From the NCBI GenBank assembly GCA_035534435.1, contig DATLRX010000081.1, positions 15,358-79,357 of the forward strand: 64,000 bases of DNA, read 5' to 3'. Of the stretch, positions 1 to 8,070 are shown one piece after another. The position numbers and the translations under genes were made by a program. The notes under the pieces are model-generated. The model was not told the DNA's origin. It did not search any database and was given only the letters and a program-made list of their open reading frames with translations. The stretch comes from Candidatus Acidiferrales bacterium. GTDB taxonomy: Bacteria > Chloroflexota > Dormibacteria > Aeolococcales > Aeolococcaceae. Position 1 is the stretch's first letter. Each line of letters begins with the position of its first letter.

Positions 1-1
1 G

Positions 2-829
2 CACGCGAAGGTCGCATACGTCACATCCGAGAAGTTCATGAACGAGATGGTCGCGTCCATCGTCGAGAACCGTCCGGCGGAGTTCCGGATGCGGTACCGC
101 GGTGTCGACGTCCTGCTCATCGACGACATCCAGTTCCTCGCCGGCAAGGACCACACCCGTGAGGAGTTCTTCCATACGTTCAACGCGCTGCAGGAATTCC
201 AGAAGCAGATCGTGGTGAGCAGCGACCGCCCGCCCAAGGACATCCCCACGCTGGAAGACCGTCTGCGCAGCCGCTTCGAGGGCGGCTTGATGGCGGACAT
301 CCAGCCGCCGGATTTCGAGACCCGGCTTGCGATTCTCAACACCAAGCTCGGCCCCTACAGCAAGCTCGTGCCCGACGAGGTGTGCTCGTTCATCGCGCAT
401 CGCATCCAGAAGAACATTCGCGAGCTCGAGGGCGCGCTGATCCGCGTGCTCGCTCACGCTTCGATCAACGGTCAGCAGATCACGCTCGAAGCGGCGCAAC
501 AGATCCTCAAGGATGTCATCCCCGTCCACGACTCCACGCCACTCAGCATCGAGACCATCCAGATGTCGGTCGCGGCTCACTACGGCATCTCGGTCGAGGA
601 GATGAAGGGCAAGCGTCGTGACAAGAACATCGTGTTCCCGCGTCAGGTTGCGATGTACCTCATCCGCGAGGAGACCGAATCATCGCTGCCGGTGATCGGC
701 ACGGCGTTCGGCGGACGCGACCACACGACCGCATTGCACGCAATCGAGAAGATCACGGAGCTCATGCGCGAGGACGTCCGTCTGCAGGGTGAGGTGCGCG
801 CCATCCGCGAGCACCTCCACAGCCGTTGA
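2..829 (+). CDS. dnaA: Chromosomal replication initiator DnaA, C-terminal part (5' end upstream of window)
   Basis: Frame is open from base 2 (HAKVAYVTSEKFMNEM...). AAA+ motifs are present (LLIDDIQFLAGKDHTREEFFHTFNAL, SSDRPP, RSRFEGGL), as is the C-terminal DNA-binding domain (NIVFPRQVAMYLIRE...GGRDHTTALHA). Stop TGA at 827-829. Confidence 0.97.
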   Translation, partial: HAKVAYVTSEKFMNEMVASIVENRPAEFRMRYRGVDVLLIDDIQFLAGKDHTREEFFHTFNALQEFQKQIVVSSDRPPKDIPTLEDRLRSRFEGGLMADIQPPDFETRLAILNTKLGPYSKLVPDEVCSFIAHRIQKNIRELEGALIRVLAHASINGQQITLEAAQQILKDVIPVHDSTPLSIETIQMSVAAHYGISVEEMKGKRRDKNIVFPRQVAMYLIREETESSLPVIGTAFGGRDHTTALHAIEKITELMREDVRLQGEVRAIREHLHSR

Positions 830-1078
830 CAACCCTGTGTGCGCGCAGCGAGCTGAGATGTGGACAGAGTGCACGACCGGACAACCCGTGCATAACCGGT
901 GGACAACGAGCCGGTCTTGCGCACAGGCCATACACGGCTTCGAGGCCGATGTGAGATCGACCGGGCGGTTGTCCCCAGTGTCCCCACTACTACATCGTCT
1001 ACTGGACTCTAGACTCTGGAAGTCATACTCATTAAGTCTGGTGACAACCGTTACGCACCATCCGGAGAGGAGCCGTCC
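830..1078. promoter_or_regulatory. Probable oriC: DnaA-box cluster plus AT-rich unwinding element in the dnaA-dnaN spacer
   Basis: Matches to TTGTCCACA in both orientations: 859-867 tgtggacag, 877-885 ccggacaac, 899-906 gtggacaa, 969-977 ttgtcccca, 979-987 tgtccccac. They are followed by the only clearly A/T-enriched stretch in the window (about 985-1045). Confidence 0.75.
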
Positions 1079-2194
1079 ATGAAAGCAACCGTCTCGTCCT
1101 CCACGCTGAGTGGTGCCCTCGGGCTCGTCTCCAGGGCCGTGTCGCCCCGGTCGACCTTGCCCGTGCTCAGCAATGTCCTGCTCGAAACCGCAGCCGAGGG
1201 TCTTCGCGTCACCGCGACGAATCTCGATCTGACGATCAGCGTGGTCGTGCCCGCGACCGTGCTCGAGGAAGGACGGACCACCGTTCCCGCACGGCTTCTC
1301 GGTGAGTTCGTCTCGTCGCTCGGCGACGCGCCGTGCTCGATGGAGCTGGACCCCACGTCGCAGGTGCTGAAGCTCACGGGCGGCGTGCATCGCGCGAACC
1401 TCCACGGTATCGACGCGGTCGAGTTCCCTCCACTGCCGGCTCGCGACACGGACACGGTGATCGAGGTCGATGCCCCGACCCTGCAGGGCGCGATCGCGCA
1501 GACCGTGATGGCGGCGAGCTCGGACGAGGCATCGCCGGTGCTCACCGGTGTGCTGATGCAGATCGAGGGCAACCGGCTGACCATGGCGGCAACCGATCGG
1601 CATCGCCTGGCGGTCAAGACCATCGACGTCACCGTGCACGGCACACCGCCGGTCACCTCGGTCATCGTCCCATCCCGGCATCTCACCGAGGTGGCGCGAG
1701 CGGTGAACCCCAACCGTCCCACCGTGGGCATCGCCTTCGCGCATGCGCGCAACCAGGTCTTCTTCACGCTGAAAGACGTCGAGATCTCGTCGCGGTTGAT
1801 CGAGGGGACGTACCCCAACTACACGCAGGTGATCCCCGGCGAGTCAACCACCACCGTCAGCCTTCCGACCGCGTCGTTGCTGCGCGAGGCGAAGACCGCC
1901 GCCGTCCTGGCGCGCGACGCCGCGAATCCGGTGCGCCTGCGCATCGGCGACGGTACGCTGACACTCCTCGCCCAGACGGCGGAGGTGGGCGACGACGAAG
2001 CGCCCCTCACGGCGACCATCAAGGGTGACGACGTGCAGATCGCCTTCAACGCGCGCTACATGCTGGACGCGTTGTCGGCACTCGACTCCGACGAGGTCAT
2101 CCTGTCGTTCAACGGGTCCCTCCAACCCGGCGTCATCCGACCCGTCGGAAGCGATGACTACCTCTGCATCATCATGCCGGTGCGCGTCGCATAG
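1079..2194 (+). CDS. dnaN: DNA polymerase III beta sliding clamp
   Basis: 371 aa, full-length. Typical N-terminus (MKATVSSSTLSGALGLVSRAVSPRSTLPVLSNVLLE) and C-terminus (LQPGVIRPVGSDDYLCIIMPVRV). Sits immediately after dnaA/oriC. Confidence 0.97.
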   Translation: MKATVSSSTLSGALGLVSRAVSPRSTLPVLSNVLLETAAEGLRVTATNLDLTISVVVPATVLEEGRTTVPARLLGEFVSSLGDAPCSMELDPTSQVLKLTGGVHRANLHGIDAVEFPPLPARDTDTVIEVDAPTLQGAIAQTVMAASSDEASPVLTGVLMQIEGNRLTMAATDRHRLAVKTIDVTVHGTPPVTSVIVPSRHLTEVARAVNPNRPTVGIAFAHARNQVFFTLKDVEISSRLIEGTYPNYTQVIPGESTTTVSLPTASLLREAKTAAVLARDAANPVRLRIGDGTLTLLAQTAEVGDDEAPLTATIKGDDVQIAFNARYMLDALSALDSDEVILSFNGSLQPGVIRPVGSDDYLCIIMPVRVA

Positions 2195-2228
2195 ACGCGG
2201 CCTTCGCGAACGTCGCGACCGGCAAGCG

Positions 2229-2516
2229 TCACATCGCCGAGAAGCGGATGCGGCGCACCAGGTCCTGACCCACGTGCCGGTTGAGCGCGGCGATGACGCG
2301 CGGGGCATCCATCTGTAGCTGATGCGCAAGTGCGCTGTTCGCCGTCGCGATGAGCAGCACACCGCGATCGAGCCGTTCGGCACGGCACAGGGGCGCAAGA
2401 CTCGCGCCGACGACATCGGCGAGCGCGAGGCGGAGACGCTCCTCACGAACCGGCCCGCGCACACCGAGGCCGCGCAACGCGGGATCGATGAGCTCGGACA
2501 GGCGCTCCTCGGTCAT
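2229..2516 (-). CDS. DUF721 / DciA-like small protein (the usual post-recF gene)
   Basis: The internal ATG of ORF 2229..3071 gives a 95-aa product (MTEERLSELIDPALRGLG...GVLLIATANSALAHQLQMDAPRVIAALNRHVG). It overlaps the recF stop by 4 nt. The rest of the track ORF is an Arg-rich out-of-frame read through recF. Confidence 0.75.
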   Translation of the reverse strand: MTEERLSELIDPALRGLGVRGPVREERLRLALADVVGASLAPLCRAERLDRGVLLIATANSALAHQLQMDAPRVIAALNRHVGQDLVRRIRFSAM

Positions 2517-3673
2517 GCGTGCTCGTCCTGCGTGACGACGCCGGCGCGCACGGTGTGATACATGACCTCGGCGAAATCCGCAACGCCCGGGAACGGTTCG
2601 GCGGTGGTCACGAACACCTGGTTGTGTCCGCCGGCTGCGAGCAGCCCGAGGAGTTGCGCGCGGCGTCCGGGGTCGAGCTCGCTGAGGACATCGTCGAGAA
2701 GGATGACCGGAGCAACGCCCGCCGTGTCCTGGAGGTACCGCACCTCTGCGAGCTTGCATGCGAGCACGATGCTTCGCTGCTGACCCTGCGACGCGGTGCC
2801 ACGTGCAGCGCGATCGTCGAGGTCGATCGCGACGTCGTCGCGGTGCGGGCCGGCGAGCGTGATGCCACGTGAGATCTCCTCTGCACCGCGCACGCGCAGC
2901 GTGTCCAGCAGTGCCTGCTCCGCTTCCTCGAGGTCGTCGTGGATCGCAGCCGCGTGCGCCGGCGCGTACCGGAGCGCGATGTGCTCGCGCCGGCCGCTCA
3001 GGTCGTGGAGTGCGGTTGCCGCCAGCGGCGCCAGAGCGGCGACGAGCCGCGACCGCGCCCGCGCCAGCCACGCACCGTGACGAGCCAGCTCACTCGTGAA
3101 TCCGCTGAGCCCGTCACGACCGCCGCCACCGGCACGCAACTGATGCAGGAGCGCGTTTCGCTGTTCGAGGACACGCCGGTACCGCGACATGTGCGCGGCG
3201 GCCTGCGGGTCCGTCTGCGCAAGGATGACGTCGAGGAACCTGCGCCGGCCCTCGGGACCGCCGCGCACGAGCGCAAGATCCTCGGGCCAGAAGAGGACGA
3301 CCGGGCAGATGCCGAGGACGGATCGCGCCGCGCGCGGCTTGCCGTCGACGATCGCGGTGCGGGTGACCCTGCCGGATGCGAGGTCGCGCTGAAATCTGGC
3401 GGCGAGCGTGACGTCCGCGGGTGGCCGCTGAATGTCGGCCTCCGCCAGGCCCTCGTCGTGACCCCACAGGAGCAGGTCTCCTGTGGTCGTCGCCCGCGGG
3501 GATCGGGTCAGCGCGAGAGTCGCGATCGCCTCGAGCAGATTCGTCTTACCCTGCGCGTTCTGGCCGTGGATGATGTTGAGGCCGGGCCCGAAATGCACGG
3601 TCGCCTCGGCGTAATTGCGAAAACAGTGCACGCGGAGTCGTGTGATCGTGCAACGGGGAACGGTACCGGTCAC
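2513..3673 (-). CDS. recF: DNA replication and repair protein RecF
   Basis: 386 aa. Walker A (GQNAQGKTNLLEAI), SMC-type signature (ASQGQQRS) and Walker B (ILLDDVLSELD). Confidence 0.95.
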   Translation of the reverse strand: MTGTVPRCTITRLRVHCFRNYAEATVHFGPGLNIIHGQNAQGKTNLLEAIATLALTRSPRATTTGDLLLWGHDEGLAEADIQRPPADVTLAARFQRDLASGRVTRTAIVDGKPRAARSVLGICPVVLFWPEDLALVRGGPEGRRRFLDVILAQTDPQAAAHMSRYRRVLEQRNALLHQLRAGGGGRDGLSGFTSELARHGAWLARARSRLVAALAPLAATALHDLSGRREHIALRYAPAHAAAIHDDLEEAEQALLDTLRVRGAEEISRGITLAGPHRDDVAIDLDDRAARGTASQGQQRSIVLACKLAEVRYLQDTAGVAPVILLDDVLSELDPGRRAQLLGLLAAGGHNQVFVTTAEPFPGVADFAEVMYHTVRAGVVTQDEHA

Positions 3674-4818
3674 GCCGGGGCGCCGGCAGCGATCGAGGCG
3701 ATCAGCTCAGCGATGCGTCGTGTGGCGTCGGGTCGAGCGACGGCCCGCACCGCGTCGCGCATGGCCGCAAGCGTGGCCGAGCCTGGAACCGCGAGCTCCG
3801 CGACCGCGTCGATCAGTTGCTCGACGTGGGGCACGAACCGGCCGGCGCCGATGTCGACCACCCACTCGACGTTGCCTCGCTCCTGTCCGGGGAGATACCA
3901 GACCAGCAGCAGCGGGAGCCCGCAGCAGAGCGCTTCCGCGATGGTTCCCGGGCCCGCCTTCGACACGACGACGTCGCTCGCTCGCATCCACAGCGGCATG
4001 TCGGTCACGTAGCCGAGCACGCGAACATCGCGTCCGGCGGCCGTTCGCAAACCGGCGAGCGTGGAACGGGCGCGCTCGTTGCGACCGCAGATCACCACGA
4101 GGTCGAGATCGATGGTCGTGGCCGCGATCGCCTGCGCATTACGCACGAGACCACCGGAGCCGTCGGCGCCACCGCAGACGAGAACGACGAAGCTCTCCGG
4201 GCGCAACCCGAGCTGCCGCCGGAGCGCGGCGATACCTGCGGGATCGCTCGGAAGGTCGGTGAAGCGCCGGTCGACGGCCAGCCCGATGTCGTGGCATCGC
4301 GATGCCGGGATACCCGCGCGTCGACAGCGCTCGAAGCCTCCCGGGGACGGCACCACCACGGCGTCCACGTCGGGGCAGGCCCACGAGGCGTGGATGTCGA
4401 CGAGATCCGTGATGACCGTGATGACCGGTATCCGTCGCGGACGGCCCTGCACGGCCCGCACGCTGATGTGGTTCAGAAGCGGGTGGAACGACACCACACA
4501 GTCCGGCTGCAGACGCTGGATTGCGTCGTCGACCGCCTTCGTCACCGAGCGCAGCACCGTGCGCTCGAGCAAGGTCACCGCCGGCCTGCTGTTCGTCGCG
4601 TGATAGAGGCCGGCCCAGAGCCACCTGGCGTGACGGGTGATCGGGCCGTACAGTCCGGCGGTCCCCCCGATGATGCGTAGTGGTGCGGCCGCAAATGGAT
4701 CCAGCACGGTGATCTCAAACTCGCCGGGCGCGGTGTCCGCCATCTGCCGCTCCACCGCGGTCGCTGCGGCGCGATGCCCCCCGCCGGTGTCGGCGATGAG
4801 GAACAGCAGTCGCCTCAT
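3670..4818 (-). CDS. GT28-family diacylglycerol glycosyltransferase (MGDG synthase / UgtP-like)
   Basis: 382 aa. N-terminal MGDG-synthase motif (LFLIADTGGGHRAAA) and C-terminal GT-B motif (VVSKAGPGTIAEALCCGLPLLL...GQERGN). 4-nt overlaps with both neighbours. Confidence 0.85.
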   Translation of the reverse strand: MRRLLFLIADTGGGHRAAATAVERQMADTAPGEFEITVLDPFAAAPLRIIGGTAGLYGPITRHARWLWAGLYHATNSRPAVTLLERTVLRSVTKAVDDAIQRLQPDCVVSFHPLLNHISVRAVQGRPRRIPVITVITDLVDIHASWACPDVDAVVVPSPGGFERCRRAGIPASRCHDIGLAVDRRFTDLPSDPAGIAALRRQLGLRPESFVVLVCGGADGSGGLVRNAQAIAATTIDLDLVVICGRNERARSTLAGLRTAAGRDVRVLGYVTDMPLWMRASDVVVSKAGPGTIAEALCCGLPLLLVWYLPGQERGNVEWVVDIGAGRFVPHVEQLIDAVAELAVPGSATLAAMRDAVRAVARPDATRRIAELIASIAAGAPA

Positions 4819-6767
4819 CCGCTCACCGTGACCGTCACCGCGCTGAGCGTCCCGAGCGCGAAACCCGTGATCGGCAGCGCGTGGCTGCCGTCGGCGTTCA
4901 CGACGTACGCCTGGACGACGTCGTTTCGGTCAGGGGAGAGATAGACGAGCTGACGGCCGGACGGGGTGATCACCGCTGTGTTCAGGAAGCCGTTCGCCGG
5001 TCCGGTCGCGATCGGGATCTGTGCATCTCCGGCAACACTGACGAGGACGAGCGTCGGAACGCCGCCGGCGGGCTGACTGATACCGAGCAGCGTCCCGGGG
5101 GCCGTGAAGCCGATCGGATCCAGGGCCGGGTCGAGCACCCGTGGACTGCTCGACGTCGAGCCAAGGCCGGCCAGCCATGTCCCGAGCGTCGGGGACGTGG
5201 AGCGCAGGAACGCCAGCTGTGTTCCATCTGGCGAGATGACCGGGCTGCTCGACTCCCCGGCAACGCCCGGAAGCGGATAACGGGCCAGTACCACGGAGTC
5301 CGCCAGCTCCAGGTGCTCGAGGTCGCTCGGCCCGGCCACGTCGAGGACCAGTTGCTCGCCCAGCGGGCTCCAGGTGGCGGGCGCCACCAGCGGGTCGCCG
5401 GCCGGAAGGCTGGTCATCGAACCCGTCCCTGTGGCGAAGAATGTCACCACCCCCGACCGCGAGAACGCCAGCGTCGACCCGTCCGGTGACCACGACGGCA
5501 GCGATGAGTGGGTGAAGCTCGCGAGCACGAATCCGGTCGCCGGATTGAGGATGACGAGCACCGGTTGTGGCGCCGCGAGCATCGTGTCGAGCTCGACGAC
5601 CGCAAGCCAGCGGCCGCCCGGGGAGAGCGACGCCGACGCGTAGGTGTAGAGCGGAGCACCGAGCACGGCGTCACCGCAGCCCGCAGCGTCCTGGCATCGC
5701 GGGGCGACGAGGACAGCCTCGCTCGAGATCGGTTCCCCGGCCTGCGCCGGCGCAAGCGGCGAGAAGAGCACCGTCGTTGCGCCGGCCTCTCCTTCGGCGC
5801 GCGCCAGCACGACGGCGTGGGGGCCGGGTGACAGGCCGCCGGTGGTGAATCGCACCGCCTCGCTCGCGACCAGCGGTTGCTGGTGGGAGTCCGCCGCGGT
5901 GGCGGCGATGCTCAGCGTGTAGGTCACGCTGGATTGGAGCATCCCGCCGGGAAGCACCACGTAGCGGCTGGCATCGACGCTGTTGCGCACGACCCGGGTG
6001 CCCGGGACCGTCGGCGTCAGCGTGATCGCGGCCTCGGTCGGGGTTGCGGCCATGCTTGTCGAGAAGGTCACGGAGATGGGTGTGTCGACGGGGACGTTGG
6101 TGGCGCCGTTCGGTGGGTTGATGCTCCGGATCACGGGCGCCTGTCCCGTCGTGATCGTCCAGTGATGGTCGACGGAGTTGACGACGCCACTGGGGTCGCG
6201 AATCCCGCCCGCGAGCGTGAAGGTGTACGTCGTGCTCGGCGCGAGGATCGCGCGCGGATGCAGCAGGGTGAACTCGGTGTCCCCGTTGAGCCAGACGATG
6301 CGGCAGGGCGCCAGCGGGCCGGCGCTGAACGCCGCGCGGAGGTTGCACGACGGAATCGCGCGGTTCACCGAGAAGCGTCCTGCGACAGAGGAGGTGTCGA
6401 CCGGCCTGTCGAACTCGACGGTGATCGGCGCGTCGGCGGAGACGCCGATCGAGCCACGGTTCGGGATCAGGTTGATGATCTGCGGTGGGCTCGCGAAACA
6501 GCCGGACAGCGATGCGACGATCAGCCCGGCTGCAGCCCAGAGCGCGGTGCGCCGGGCGCCGGCGGTACCACGACCGGAAGGACGACCGCGCGCAGCGGCG
6601 CTAGTACGCGCGGTTGAGTGCTGCGTCGACGTCGATGGCGGCGATGGTTCCGTCGCCGCCCTTGACCTCGATGCTCGACTGACGATCCTTGGCCAGGGTC
6701 GCGACCGCGGTCGTGGCCTTGTCGAGGGATCGCTGGGTTTCGGTGTAGGTCCCGAGGATGTCGCCAT
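4815..6767 (-). CDS. Secreted lipoprotein with tandem Ig-like (SbsA/Big_5-like) domains and a C-terminal TolB/PD40-like beta-propeller; start codon uncertain
   Basis: Tat-like lipoprotein signal (GARRTALWAAAGLIVASLSGC). Repeated modules (INLIPNRGSIGVSADAPITVEFDRPV, IRSINPPNGATNVPVDTPISVTFS). PD40-like repeats (WSPDGSTLAF, ISPDGTQLAF, ITPSGRQLVY). The only canonical in-frame starts upstream of the lipobox are ATG 6767 and ATG 6809, both inside the upstream gene. Confidence 0.7.
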   Translation of the reverse strand: MATSSGPTPKPSDPSTRPRPRSRPWPRIVSRASRSRAATEPSPPSTSTQHSTARTSAAARGRPSGRGTAGARRTALWAAAGLIVASLSGCFASPPQIINLIPNRGSIGVSADAPITVEFDRPVDTSSVAGRFSVNRAIPSCNLRAAFSAGPLAPCRIVWLNGDTEFTLLHPRAILAPSTTYTFTLAGGIRDPSGVVNSVDHHWTITTGQAPVIRSINPPNGATNVPVDTPISVTFSTSMAATPTEAAITLTPTVPGTRVVRNSVDASRYVVLPGGMLQSSVTYTLSIAATAADSHQQPLVASEAVRFTTGGLSPGPHAVVLARAEGEAGATTVLFSPLAPAQAGEPISSEAVLVAPRCQDAAGCGDAVLGAPLYTYASASLSPGGRWLAVVELDTMLAAPQPVLVILNPATGFVLASFTHSSLPSWSPDGSTLAFSRSGVVTFFATGTGSMTSLPAGDPLVAPATWSPLGEQLVLDVAGPSDLEHLELADSVVLARYPLPGVAGESSSPVISPDGTQLAFLRSTSPTLGTWLAGLGSTSSSPRVLDPALDPIGFTAPGTLLGISQPAGGVPTLVLVSVAGDAQIPIATGPANGFLNTAVITPSGRQLVYLSPDRNDVVQAYVVNADGSHALPITGFALGTLSAVTVTVSG

Positions 6768-7923
6768 CGCGAAGCAGGATGATCCCCGCCTCGTTGGGGG
6801 TCTGCACAACGACCGATCCGCTCACGTGCTCCTCAGAGAGGTACTCGAGCAGCGCATCGAGATTGACGAAGCGGCCGAGCAGGCCGCTGTAGAGGTACGG
6901 CGATGTGAAGAGCTGGGCGAGCGCGGTGACCGTCTCCCCGTCGAGCTCGATGACGTCGATGACGCCGTCGCCCGCGTCCATGTGTCGCCGGATCTGGAGG
7001 AACGCCGACTCGCCCTGCACCGCGGTGCCGTTGCTGCACAGCGCCTGGAGCGCCTGACCGTCGTTCAGGAGGATCACCCCTGAATACCCGGTCCCGCTCA
7101 GGTTCACGTACCCGGTGTGTCGATCCGACCGCAGCGTCCGCAGCAGACGTGGGAAGTCGACGAACGCGCTCTTGAGCCCCTCGTAGTGGGCACGGCCCGA
7201 AGGGAGTGGGTACACCCGCACGGGCTGAACAGTAGACGATGCCGCACCACCTGATGTGCCCACCGGGCGGTCCGACGACGCGGCGGGGGCCGGTGCGATT
7301 GGGGTCGTCGGGGCCGGCTGCGCCGGCGCGTACGACACAGGCTCCGGCGCCGGGGTCACCGCGGGTACCGGCTGGAACTCGGCGACCGGCGCGGGCGCCG
7401 GCTCGGGTTCGGGCTCGGGTTCGGGCTCGGGTAGGTGAGCAGCCGCGGCGGGCGCTTCCGTGTCAGCGGCCGATTCGGTCGCGGGCGTCGAAATAGCGTA
7501 CGCGGGCTCTTCGATCGGAGCGGGTAGGCCGGCGGCCGGCGCCGTGTAGGCGTCCGAGCTCGAGTAGGCGGGCGCTGCGTCCGGCCACGATGAGGCGGCG
7601 GTCGCCGCCGAGGCCGCCGGAGCATGCCGGCTCTCCGCCGCGGCGATCAGCTCAGCCGGCGAGGCTTTGATGGTCTCCTCGGCGGGCAGCTTGGCGCGTG
7701 GATCGAACTGGTACGACCCGTCGTCCCAGCCCAGGGCGTCGATCACGACCTCCTCGCCTTGCCCACTCGGTCCGCTGGCGTGGAACAGGTGCCCGAAGAG
7801 GAAATACAGCGAGCAGCTGTCGCCGCCGTTGTCGATGGTCAGCGTTCCGGTGGCCCGCTCCGCCTGCATGGCCTGCAGCAGCGTCGCGAGCCCGCCGTCA
7901 CGAAGAGAACCCTGGGTCTGCAC
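6601..7923 (-). CDS. DUF4388 (PATAN)-domain protein with a long Pro/Ala/Glu low-complexity linker
   Basis: GTG at 7923 is preceded by GGAG. The N-terminus (LATLLQAMQAERATGTLTIDNGGDSCSLYFLFGHLFHA) is DUF4388-like. The central linker contains PEPEPEPEPAPAPV. The C-terminal half repeats the same theme (GYVNLSGTGYSGVILLNDGQ; SGSVVVQTPNEAGIILLRDGD). The track ORF extension to 8430 runs antisense through the response regulator and is rejected. Confidence 0.75.
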   Translation of the reverse strand: MQTQGSLRDGGLATLLQAMQAERATGTLTIDNGGDSCSLYFLFGHLFHASGPSGQGEEVVIDALGWDDGSYQFDPRAKLPAEETIKASPAELIAAAESRHAPAASAATAASSWPDAAPAYSSSDAYTAPAAGLPAPIEEPAYAISTPATESAADTEAPAAAAHLPEPEPEPEPEPAPAPVAEFQPVPAVTPAPEPVSYAPAQPAPTTPIAPAPAASSDRPVGTSGGAASSTVQPVRVYPLPSGRAHYEGLKSAFVDFPRLLRTLRSDRHTGYVNLSGTGYSGVILLNDGQALQALCSNGTAVQGESAFLQIRRHMDAGDGVIDVIELDGETVTALAQLFTSPYLYSGLLGRFVNLDALLEYLSEEHVSGSVVVQTPNEAGIILLRDGDILGTYTETQRSLDKATTAVATLAKDRQSSIEVKGGDGTIAAIDVDAALNRAY

Positions 7924-7930
7924 GGTGGCG

Positions 7931-7957
7931 GGTCTCCAGTTTTGTGAATTGGAGACC
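7931..7957 (-). promoter_or_regulatory. Perfect 8-bp inverted repeat (GGTCTCCA-N11-TGGAGACC) covering the Shine-Dalgarno of the DUF4388 gene
   Basis: ggtctcca at 7931-7938 and tggagacc at 7950-7957. On the minus-strand mRNA, the hairpin arm nearest the GTG start (7923) carries the GGAG. Confidence 0.5.
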
Positions 7958-8070
7958 GTCCCCGAGGGGGCGGTCCGTATTGGAGTCGGCCCGTATAGTA
8001 CCAACCCTTCGCCGTTCCGAACGAGAGTTGGAATAGTCAGAATGGCGCGGGGGCAGTTCGAGGAATAGGC

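Noticed and set aside
680-1818. Long minus-strand ORFs (680..1744, 1051..1818) crossing the dnaA end, the oriC spacer and dnaN
   Set aside because: They run antisense to clearly identified dnaA and dnaN. Their products are Arg/Gly/Ala-rich with no motifs. These are typical shadow ORFs of very GC-rich DNA, where stop codons are rare in all frames.
7395-7440. 12-nt periodic repeat (ggctcgggttcg) that could look like a mini repeat array
   Set aside because: It lies inside a coding region and simply encodes the PEPEPEPE linker. There are no spacers or repeat-spacer architecture, so it is not CRISPR-like.
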